Shown: positions 41,314 through 52,685 of the stretch, piece by piece
Layout of the letters: each line of letters starts with the position of its first letter
Numbering within the stretch: the stretch's first letter is position 1
Source of the DNA: the human T2T-CHM13v2.0 reference genome, Homo sapiens
Length of the DNA: 64,000 bases
Strand: one strand, 5' to 3'
Assembly: GCF_009914755.1 (NCBI RefSeq)
Contig: NC_060926.1
The notes under the pieces: model-generated
Seen by the model: the letters and a program-made list of their open reading frames with translations, nothing else
Told to the model about the DNA's origin: nothing
Databases searched by the model: none
Program-made: the position numbers and the translations under genes

Positions 41314-41904
41314 TGAAGGATTGAAGGATGTGCCATCTCAAATTATGCCAGATTAGCATATGATTACATGAAGCATGATTATTGTCAGTTGAAAACATCC
41401 GAGAAATTGTAGTTTCAGATAGGGCTAGCAGACCTGTTTCTTTCTGCATTCAGAAAGCCATAAAGATGACTCTGGGAGGGACACCCTCCCTGTACCAGGG
41501 TGAGAAAATCAACCTCATCACCAGGGACTTGGAATTGGGGGCTACAACAAACCTGAATAAATCCACTTCCTGATGTAACCCTTATCTGCTGCTAGTTTTA
41601 CACACATCCATACATCTCCCCATGATTCCCCTAGAAATTTACTGCCCCTACCCAGATCCCCTTTGTCTTATCATTTCTTCTCAAATTCATTGTTCTTTGA
41701 CTAAAAAGTATAAAAGCATCTTGCTTTGGCCACTTCTTCAAACTTCACCCTCTTGTGAAGATCCCCAGGTACATAGAAAACTAATAAAATTGTTATACTT
41801 TTCTCTTGTTTGTTAATCTGCCTGGTGTCAAATTTGGCTTCCAGCCAAAGGGCTCATATAAGAGCTAACGGCAGGTTTGCAGTGATCACTGGCTCCCCTT
41901 TACA
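41314..41904 (+). mobile_element. MER34-like ERV1 solo LTR
   Basis: 'gatgtgccatctcaaattatgccagattagcatatgatt', TATA-like 'tataaaa', poly(A) signal 'ctaataaaa', terminal 'ctcccctttaca'. Confidence 0.6.
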
Positions 41905-41938
41905 GCAAAGAGCTAAACTAACAATCTTAAAGGTAATT

Positions 41939-44488
41939 AGTTTTTTGAGGCAAGGTCTCTGTCTCTGTCACCTAGGCTAAGTACCATGGGGTCATCTTGG
42001 CTCACTGCAGTCTTGACCTCCCGGGCAAAAGTGAACCTTCAGCCTCAGCCTCCTCAGTAGCTGGGAATACCAGCACATGCCACCAAGTCTAGCTATTTTT
42101 TGTATTTTTTTGTAGACATGGGATTTTGCCATGTTGCCCAGGCTGGTCTTCAACTCCTAGGCTCAAGCAATCCACCTCCCAAAGTGCTGAGATCACAAGT
42201 GTGAGACACTGTATTAGTCCATTTTCACACTGCTGATAAAGACATACATGAGACTGGGAAGAAAAGCAGGTTTAATTGGACTTACCATTCCACATGGTTG
42301 GGAAGGCCTCAGAATCATGGCAGGAGGAAAAGTCACTTCTTACATGGTGGGGGCAAAAGAAAATAAGGAAGGAGCTAAAGCAGAAACCCCTGATAAACCC
42401 ATCAGATCTTCTGAGACGTATTCACTGTCATGAGAATAGCACAGTAAAGACCAGCCCCCATGATTCAATTACCTCCCACTGGGTCCCTCCCACAACACAT
42501 GGGAATTCTGGGAGGTAAAATTAAAGATGAGATTTGGGTGGGGACACAACCTAACCAGATCATTCCACCCCTGGCCCCCCCAAGACTTATGTCCTCACAT
42601 TTCAAAACTAATCATGCCTCCCCAACAGTCCCCAAAAGTCTTAACTCATTTCAGCATTAACTCAAAAGTCCACAGTCCAAAGTCTCATCTGAGACAAGGC
42701 AAGTCCCTTCCACCTATGAGCCTGTAAAATCAAAAGCAAGTTAGTTTTTTCCTAGATACAATGGGAGTACAGACATTAGGTAAAAATTCAACCATTCCAA
42801 ATGTTAAAAATTGTCCAAAACAAAGGGGTTATAGGGCCCATTCAGGTCTAAAATCCAGTGGGGCAGTCAAACCTTAAAACTCCAAAATGATCTCCTTACA
42901 CTCCATGTCTCACATCCAGGTCATGATGATGCAAGAGGTGGGTTCCCATGGTCTTGGGCAGCTCCACCCCTGTGGCTTTGCAGGGTACAGCCTCCCTCCT
43001 GGCTGCTTTCACAGGCTAGCATTGAGTGTCTGCAGCTTTTGCAGGAGCACAGTGCAAGCTGTTGGTGGATCTACCATTCTCGGGTCTGGAGGATGGTGGC
43101 CCTCTTTTCACAGCTCCACTAGGCAGTGCCCCAGTAGGGATTCTGTGTGGGGGTTCTGACCCCACATTTCCCTTCTGCACTGCCCTAGCATTGGTTCACC
43201 ATGAGAGCCTCTCCCCTGCAGCAAACTTCTGCCTCCAGCCGTTTCCATACATCTTCTGAAATCTAGGCAGAGGTTCCCAAACTTCAATTCTTGACTTCTG
43301 TGAACCTGCAGGCTCAACACCAGATGGAAGCTGCCAAGGCTTGGAGCTAGCGTCATCTAAAGCCCTGGCCTGACCTCTACATTGGGCCCTTTCAGCCATG
43401 GTTGGAGCAGCTGGGATGCAGGACACCAAGTCCCTAGGCTGAACACAGCTTGGGGACCCTGGGCCTGGCTCACAAAACCACTTTTTCTTCCTGGGCCTCT
43501 AGTCCTGTGTTGGGAGGGGCTGCCATGAAGACCTCTGACATGCTCTGGAGACATTTACCCCATGGTCTTAGGGATTAACATTTGGCTCCTTGTAATTTAT
43601 ATAATTTCTGCAGCCACTTGGATTTCTCCTCAGTAAATGGAATTTTCTATCACATTGTCATGCTGCAAATTTTCCAGACTTTTATGGTTTGCTTCCCTTA
43701 TAAAGCTGAATGCCTTTAACAGCACCCTAGTAGCTTTTTGAATGCTTTGCTGCTTAGAAATTTATTCTGCCAGATACCCTAAATCATCTCTCTCAAGTTC
43801 AAAGTTCCACAAATCTCTAGGGCAGGGACAAAATGCCACCAGTCTCTTTGCTAAAACATAGCAAGAGTCACTTTTACTCCAGTTCCCAACAAGTTCTTCA
43901 TCTCTATCTGAGACCACCTCAGCCTGGATCTTATTGTCCTTATCATTATCAGCATTTTGGGCAAAGCCATTCAACAAGTCTCTAGGAGGTTGCAAACTTT
44001 CCCATTTTCCTGTCTTCTTCTGAGCCCTTCAAACTGTTCCAATCTCTGCCTGTTACCCAGTTCCAAAGTCACTTCCACATTTTTGGGTATCTTTTCAGCA
44101 ACGCCCCACTCTACTCATACAAATTTTCTGTATTAGTCTGTTTTTACGCTGCTGATAAAGACATACCTGAGACAGGGAAGAAAAAGAGGTTTAATTGGAA
44201 CTACAGTTCCACATGCCTGGGGAGGCCTCAGAATCGTGGTGGGAGGCTAAAGGCACTTCTTACATGGTGGTGGCAAGAAAAAATAAGGAAGAAGCTAAAG
44301 CAGAAACTCCCAATAAACCCGTCAAATCTTGTAAGACTTAATTCACTATCATGAGAAACAGCAGCTCCTGTGATTCAATTACCTCCCCCTGGTTCCCTCC
44401 CATAACACATGGGAATTCCGGGAGATACAATTCAAGTTGAGATTTTGGTGGGGAAATAGCCAAACCCTATCAGCCACCTCTCCTAGCC
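41939..44488 (-). mobile_element. AluJ split by a THE1A insertion (41939-42209 plus 44473-44488)
   Basis: Perfect 13-bp Alu TSD CTTAAAGGTAATT at 41926-41938 and 44489-44501 encloses the whole composite. Confidence 0.9.
42210..44472 (-). mobile_element. Complete THE1A-type MaLR element (LTR 42210-42562, internal 42563-44128, LTR 44129-44472)
   Basis: Two direct LTRs plus THE1-int; 5-bp TSD GACAC/GCCAC derived from the Alu 'gagccac'. Confidence 0.92.
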
Positions 44489-45716
44489 CTTAAAGGTAAT
44501 TTTTAAAAAGAAGAAAATTTTCAATTATGCTTTATCCTGTGAAGCAAAGAAGTATGTTAATCTAAGAAGTATTACAGAATTTGAACACTGTCCCTATTAT
44601 TTTTACCCCAAAGCTGTATTTGCTATGAAAATAAACATTTCCCCAGTTTCACGAACACATTAACTGAAAATACAACACATGGAAAATTAGGGAGTGAGCC
44701 TCACAGACATTAAGCTTTTGCTCATATCTGTATTTTTTGTTTTGTTTTGATTTTAGGGACACCTTTTTTGAAAGGGCAAAGGCTTAAAAGGAAAAAAAAT
44801 AAGAAAGAGAGAAATGTTTCCAGTAGTGCACATATCCAGAGATACATTGGCAAGAAACAATACTCTGAATAAGGTCTGGGGAGAGCTAGCGAAAGTGGCT
44901 CCATTTATGAACTGCGTAGAAGCTGAAACTGCATATTTTCAAACAGATTGTCTCCACAAACCAAGATAACAGCTTGAATCAGGAGAGGGCTGCACTGACT
45001 CAGGGTTAGAGGTGTGAAGTGCAGGGGGGAGCACTGGAAGGCGGCCACAGCACATGGACCATGGGATGGATGGATGCCTTTTCCAGATCTACACGGGAGA
45101 GGGTGACATGTGACATTCACCACGGCGACTTTTTGGAAGCAGCTCATTTCATGGATTCTTAGCATTAAAAAAAAAGTCAGAATTATGTTTACTTTAAATA
45201 GGGCATGTGCTGATTTCTCTCTCATTCCACAAGGCATTGTGTTCTCTTGATGCAGCAGGAAAGATACCCTGAAGGTTAGTGGTAAGAGACCCACATCGCC
45301 ATGGTTACCTCCAAGATTCCTTTCTTCTCTGCAAAAGCACAAGTCATCAAAAACTTAAAAACCCCATACTGAGTCTAACTAAGGAGGAGAAATAAAATAC
45401 TGTCAATATTTTTGACAACACATTCTCCATCTCCAGCTGCAAATTGCTTTCAAATACACTTTGGAAATGGTGTTACAGTGCCCTGTGACTGACTTGGCAT
45501 GGAGTTGAGCTCTTAACATTTGGGAGGGGAAATAATATTAAATCGATGAATGGATGCTTTGAATTGTCTGCACTTCCTTATTTACATCTTTTCATTAATA
45601 TTAAGGTGTGATGATATGTTTTATTCAAAGTGAGATCTAAGCGCTCTTCAAAGACTTGTAGGGATTAAGAGCTCTTCTGATTATTGGCTCAGCAGAGGTC
45701 CAGTCCTTGGTAATAC

Positions 45717-46012
45717 TTTTTTTTTTTTTTTTTTTTTGAGACAGGTCTTACTTTGTCACTCAGACTAGAATGCAGTGGCACAAATACAGCTCACTGCAGG
45801 CTCAACCTCCCAAGCTCAACCTATCTTCCCACCCCAGCCTCTTGAGTAGCTTGGACTACTGGCATGTGCCACCATGTCCACCTAATTTTTTTATTTTTTG
45901 TAGAGTCAGGGGTCTCCCCATGTTTCCCAGGCTAGTCTTGAACTCCTAAGCTCAAGTGATTCTCCCGCCTCAGCTTTCCAAAGTGCTGGGAGCACAGGTG
46001 TGAGATGCTGTT
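45717..46012 (-). mobile_element. AluJ
   Basis: Poly(T)-'gagacaggtcttactttgtcactcagactagaatgcagtgg...aaagtgctggg'. Confidence 0.9.
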
Positions 46013-46680
46013 CCTGGATGGTAATGATTGTATTACTTTCTCTCCATACCGCAACACCCGCTTCTTCATACCTCTCTTGATGGTCTTTATACACTTTATG
46101 TTTTGTATCTTAGCCATGCACAAATATGGCTTCTCTCTCCAACTCTCTTTAGTAATCTTTGATGAAAGAACAGTGGTGTGAATTGCATTTGTATCCTTTT
46201 TAGTGTGTCTAACACAGTGTTCATATAATGAACTCTGAATAATTATTTATAGATTGAATGAATAAATGAACAATATAAATGATGTCACCAGTGCTAGAAA
46301 GGTATAATCTGTTAACTTAGACATATCTCAACAAGTTATTAATTTTTATATTCACTGAGACAAATTAAGAAAAAGTAGTCGATATTTGCATGCTTGGAAG
46401 AATTTAATTCTGGTGACTTTTTGAAACGGAAATTTTGTAAGTGCCAATAAATAGCATTTACATTATTTGTTGTGCTCTACAATTTCGTCATGATAATAAA
46501 ATATTGTTTGGATATAAAAAAGATCTGACTAAACTAGCCTGGGTGGTGTCCAAACCATCTGTTTAGGTCCAAAAAACACTTGTAGGGAATAAATATGTCT
46601 ATAATGAGCTTGTGACTTTTAGATTTGAAACCTTAAGTGCAGAATTCAATAACAGTCCTCAGATGGCAGCTCTCAGAGAT

Positions 46681-48455
46681 ATCTACCAAGGAAGAAAACA
46701 GACAAGTTACCATTGCTAGTCAGATGCCTTTGCCAAGAAAGCGGAAGCATGGAAATGTAGGTCACAGATGGAATTCCATTATTTCATGGCTATGGTGTCC
46801 TAAGCAGAAATCTGAAAACCACACCTGGCTGAGTTCCGATCAGAAGGAGCACCCATGTCCCCCTCTGTGGGGCTTGGCCTACTCTCAAGCATGGCCCTCT
46901 TCCCTCTCACGGATAGGCAGGAACGATTTTCTTAATCTTTACTTCGTCTAACATTATTTATATCTTCCACTGCAAGCCAGGCACTGTGCACATTGTTGGT
47001 GGTTCAGCAGCAATCCAGATAAACTTGATTCTTCCCTCCACGGAGATTTTTGCAGAATGAACACAGTCTTTGGAATCAAATGCAGATCTGAATACAACGC
47101 TTTCTACCCAAGAGCAAAGCAGATACATAGGATCTCTGACACCTCAATAAAATGCTTATATCCAAAAAGGATCATGCAATGAGAATAGCAGAATTTACAA
47201 AATCTCTGCTAAAAGGATACTGCTAGAATGTAGGCAAGATAAGGAATATGCATGGTCAACAAGGAGAGAAAAATGTGACAGAGATCAGAGTCACATGGAT
47301 GAAAAGACACGATTACTTAATGAAACCAAATTTGCTTAGACCCCCTCAAAAATGAAGAAGGCCCTTCACCTACTCAAAGATGAGGAGAAATATGTTCTCG
47401 GCTGTGTTAAAATAAACGCAAGAAAAACTTTATCCATTTCCAAATGCTTGTGTGTGTGTATTTCTGTGTGTGTGTGTGTATCTGTGTCTGTGTGTAAGAT
47501 AAAAGTTAACCCCATTTCAAAACCTGCTAGCTACATACAGATGAACTGTATTCTAAATACTGTTGTAAAAAATTCAGTGTTTAAATAAAAGCTTTTAAAA
47601 AAGAAAAATAAATAATGCTATGGGACTAGATTGAAAAACATGAGTTTTCTTATGGATTTCAAGTTCATTGCTCCCATCAAAATCCATGCAAGCAAAGGCA
47701 CGAGAGCCAACCACAGTGACCCAGAGTCATTCTTCTCATTAACAAGAATCAGGGGAGTTGTTCTATTCAGGCTACAGATGACCACAGTTATCAAACTAAT
47801 GCCAGACAATTTCCAAGCCAGCTGGCATGCTCTTTGTCCACAGTAATTCAACTATTGACTGACAGCCTACAATGGGCATGTGAAGTGGCCCCTGCAAGCC
47901 TGAGAAGGCTGGAGAGAACAGGATACCTGTGGCTTCTGCCTTCATGGAGCTTCAAGTCAAGAGGGACAAAAAAGCTAAACAAACAATTCAGAGGCTTGTA
48001 TGTTAGAAATATTTCACGAGGATAGAACAGGTCATGTGGGAGCCAGAAAGGAGGGTGGAACAAATTGAGAGAGGGTGGTCAGGGTCAGACTTCTGAAGAC
48101 ACCATTTTGGCAGAGATGAAAGTTTGAGGGAGAGAAAGAGCCAGACAGAAGTGGCGGTGGTGATGGTGACGATCATTTCCTGTAGGAGGAAATACAGGTA
48201 CAGATTCTTCTGCAGTTTGGTGTGTTTGAGGTTATACAAAACACATTCTGTGTCAGAAGAATGAGAAAGAATCAACAAGATACCCAAAAATGGCTCACTC
48301 ACCATGTCCAATCTACCAAAGAAGAAAACGGGCAAGTTACCATGACTAGTTAGATGACTTCGGCAAGAAAGCAGAAACATTAAAATGTAGGTCACAGATG
48401 GAATTCCATTATTTCATGGCTATCGTGTCCGAAGCACAAATCTGAAAACCACACC
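46681..48455 (+). repeat. Local direct duplication, 46681-46825 vs 48311-48455
   Basis: Ungapped manual alignment: 16 mismatches in 145 nt (89% identity). Confidence 0.95.
47845..48235 (-). mobile_element. L2 LINE fragment
   Basis: 'ctgccttcatggagcttcaagtc', 'ggtggtcagggtcagacttc', 'ttggtgtgtttgagg'. Confidence 0.6.
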
Positions 48456-49837
48456 ATCATTGAGCTGCAAAGGCTTTATGTCACTGCTTGGCAACAAGTC
48501 TTTCAGGCACTTAGGAATATGGAAACCTTCCTAATTTACTTTCTGCCTTAGAAGCATCAAAAATAGTAAGAATAAATAAACCCCCAAAACTATAATCTTC
48601 TGAAATGAAATTGAATGAAAACATTATATACAAATGTGTAGATGCAGCATAATTAAAATATTGCAAAGAAAAACTTTGATGTAGGTGATAATTTTGGAAA
48701 GAAACAGTAAGCTTATAGTGGCATTATGGTTTTATTAGAGAAATTAACTTTTTTTGTAAACATTTTTAAATGGTATTGTCCTCTTATTTTTATTTAAATT
48801 TTTTCTGGTTCTCAGAGGCATAGAGCAGAATTACTTGAAGTTATTGATTTATGGCATCCTCATTGGCTCACGCATGGCTCTTGTTTATTTGTTTTGTTTA
48901 TTCGAATAATTTAAAATACATCTAATCCTCCATTAGCCAAAACAAAACATTAGAACCTAACCAATAACCTCCATTTAATTATATGGCCCCATCCCATTCC
49001 CTTGTCTTCATCATTAGGTAATTATCTACTTGCATCTCAGGTTAATCTTTCTTTTCTTTTGTCCTTCTTTCCTTTCCTTCCTCCCTTCCTTCCTTTTGAT
49101 GTCAATCTATTGCATCTCTAAGTACTGCTACAATGCATTGTTTTAAAAATCATGGTTGTTTTTTAACTTTATAAAAGGGCATTATGACAGATGTAATCCT
49201 TCAAAACTTATTTTTTGCACTGAATATTATTTTGCTTAGATTGATCCATAATGTCTTACTGTATTTCACTGTGTGAATATACCAGAGTTTATTGATGCTC
49301 TGCACTTTCTGTTCATGAGTTCTATCTGGGCTTTTGCTATTGTGAATAGTACCTAAATGAATATCCTTACATATGTATTCTGTAGTTCATATGGAAAAGT
49401 TTATCTTGAGTATGTGTCTGGGACAACAATAGCTAAAACATAGGTTAACAAATGTTTAACTTTACATGAAAATGCCAAACTGTTTTCCAAAATGGTTGCT
49501 CCAATTTACAGGCAATTTGAAGGGGATTCTGTGAATCCATAATCACTCCAATATTTGGTATTTTCAAATTTTTTTCCTAAACAAATAGGAATAGAAGGAG
49601 ATACCATTTTCATTTTAATTTGCATTTCTCTAGTTTTAATGATATTTGGCACATTTATTTTCTCTTTTATGAAATGGCTATTCATCTTTTTTGCCCATTT
49701 TCCTCAAAAGTCAAAAGTTATCTGTGCTTTATTAATTTTGAAGTGCTCCTTTTATATACTATACTTGCTACTGATCTTCGTTAGTTTTGTATTTTATAAA
49801 TTCCTTCTGTCATTTGGTAATTTGTCATTTTACTATT

Positions 49838-50243
49838 TGTATTGGTCCATTCTTACATTGCTATAAAGAACTACCTGAGACTGATAAAGAACTACCTGAG
49901 ACTGGGTAATTTATCAAGAAAAGAGGTTGAATTGGCTCATGGTTCTGCAGGCACCACAGGAAGCATGGCTGGGAAGGCCTCAGGAAACATGCAATCACGG
50001 CAGAAGGTGAAAGAGATGCAGGCACGTCCTACATGCCTGGAGTAGGAGGAAGAGAGAGAATGGGCAGGTGCTGCACACTTTTAAACAACAAGATCTTATG
50101 AGAACTCACTCACCATCACAAGAACAGCAAGGGCTAAATCAATCTGTTCATGATCCAATTACCTCCCAATAGGCCCCTCCTCCAACATTGGGGATTATAA
50201 TTCGACGTGAGATTTGGACGGGGGACAAAGCCAAACCATATCA
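49838..50243 (-). mobile_element. MSTA solo LTR
   Basis: MSTA sequence with perfect TSD CTATT; internal 21-bp tandem duplication at 49863-49904. Confidence 0.9.
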
Positions 50244-51469
50244 CTATTTTACTTTATATTGAAAAACAAAGTTAATTTTAGTATGATAAACTGAATTCAT
50301 CTTTTTTCAATAAGCAAGCCATTTTGCTTTGATTTAGATCAGTAAATCTAAATAATATCAATCTATATATTTTACCATTAATTTTAAATTGTTTCTAAAC
50401 ATTTAAAACACTTAATTAAAATGGCGTTTAATTTGGAGTTAAATTTTTTTCATTTTGTGAAGATGCAAATCTCTCCTTTTATCTTTTCATAGGATAATCA
50501 TTTTTTCAACTTCATATATTGAACATATACTTATTTCCCAATCTCAGATACCAGTTCCATATAAACTTCCATAAATATGTGGGTTGTCTACTTGATCCAT
50601 TGGTCAAATTGCCATCACCACATGTACATATACATTTCCATATTAATTTTAAAATTTGCTCTTCAGTGTCTGAAAAAGGCAAACTTTGAAGAGCTTTAGA
50701 CTGGGATTGCACTGAATATGTAGCTCAATGTGAGAACTGACTTGAGCAGTATTGAAGTTTTAGACAGATGAATACAGTACATCTTTCTATTCATTTAACA
50801 TGTTCTTAATTTCTTCAGTAATGTTTTAAAGTATGAAACTTGCATGAATTTTAAAAATGTATGCCTAACCATTTCATATTTTTATTCTATTGTATGGTAC
50901 TGCTTTTCTAAAATTCCGTTTCCAATTATTTGTTGTTAATACCTGCAATGACAATTGATTTCTGTATATTGTCTCCATATTGTGTATTCTCACTAATTCA
51001 TTTACTAGATCTAGCAGCAGATAAAATCTACTAGTTTCTTGTAGATTTTCTGTAATCTGAAGAGTTAACTGATTAGTTCTAGTAACTTTCTTAGAGATTC
51101 CTCATGGGTTGTTTTCTTTTTGTTTTACATAGATGATTATATCAATTATAAATAAAGATATTTTTACTTTTTCCTATCTAATATGCATACCTTAATTTCT
51201 TTTCTTGTCTTAGTACATGGGCTAGAACTCCAAGTGCAATGTTGAATAAACGTGATGGGAATAAAATTGTTGCTATTTTATCAATTTTAGTGAAAACATG
51301 TTCAGTCTTTCATCATTAAGAATGATTCTAGCTGTAGTTTGCCATTGTTATTTCTAGAAATTTTTGTTAGGTTGAGACAGTGCCTTTCTATTCCTAGTTT
51401 TCTGAGAGTTTTTATAATAAATTGATTTTGGAATTTGTTAAATATGTATTATTTTACATCTCTGTAGAT

Positions 51470-52180
51470 TGTTCGAGTAAGTAGTTAGGCAGACATGAAC
51501 AGGGCAGGAGAGCTTCCCTACCCAGGAATGTCAGGCAACCATCAAGTGATGGTCAGGTGATTGCTAAATTATCTCTCTAAAATGATAATTAGTTACAGCC
51601 AATGCCAGGGGAAGACAGTCTTCCAATAGAGAGAAAACACCTGAAGCTGGTGATCAGCAGCTTCCAGATAAGCTCTCAGGAGTTGGGTAAGTGGGTTCAA
51701 GCATGCACACTAAGAGGCAAAATGGTGAATTTTAATTGGTGTCTGATATTCCTCTAAGAATGCTCAACTGGTAAGGGAAAATTGCCTCAAGTGAGCATAC
51801 ACACAACTTCAGTAAACACACTGCACATGCAGCCCCTCCCAAGGGCTGGCAGGCCACTAAGCATGCGGACAGCCTGCCCCAAGGAAAAAAAGGGAGTAGA
51901 AACACAAACCCCAGAACCATGCCAGTATATAAATCCCCAAGTCCAGTGCTGAATGAGACTCTTGAATCTTTCAAGTCACCCACTTGGCCCTCTTCCAAGT
52001 GTACTTTGCTTCCTTTCATTCCTGCTCTAAAACTTTGTAATGAACTCTTGTCTCCTGCTCTGAAACTTGCAGTCTCTCTCTCTGCCTTAAACCCACTTCT
52101 GCCCCTTAGCTGAATTCTTTTCTCTGAGTAGACAAGGATTGAATTTGCCACGGACCCATATGAATTCACTACTGGTAACT
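51470..52180 (+). mobile_element. MER50 ERV1 solo LTR
   Basis: 'gtagttaggcagacatgaacagggcaggagag...gacccatatgaattcactactggtaac'; 4-bp TSD AGAT at 51466-51469 and 52181-52184. Confidence 0.85.
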
Positions 52181-52387
52181 AGATGATAGTGTAATTTTTT
52201 TCTCTTTATTCTGTTAATATGGTGAAGTGAATTAATTGGTTTTCAAATGTAAAGCCAACCTTGCATTTTTGGGATAATTCTCACTTGGCCATGGTATATT
52301 TTTATAGTGTTCATTTTTATTTCCTAATATTTTGTTGAGGTTATTATGTCTACGTACATGAAAGTTGTTCATCTATAGATTGTGCTT

Positions 52388-52685
52388 TGTAATGCCATTT
52401 TTATAGTCACCTACAGAAACAGATGGACTCCTCACCCAAAACATCACTGGATGTCAAGACTGATGGCGCCACACACACACCAAGACATTACGGAAAGGCT
52501 TATTATGTACATGATAGATTTATCTGAGGTGAGCAGGGAAGACCTTCAATGTAGATCTCGTGCCAAAGGAAAAAACACCCAGGTTTTCTTTTCAGTTTGT
52601 CAAAATGAGGGGCACAAAGAGAAAGTCAAGAGGTTGGATTTAAATGCTGTCGCAAACATTAAAAACTGAAGTAAGACTCATTACA
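52388..52685 (-). mobile_element. ERVL-type LTR fragment (MER73/MER74-like, internally deleted)
   Basis: TG...CA ends within the L1; 'ggatgtcaagactgatggcgccacacacacaccaag'. Confidence 0.45.
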
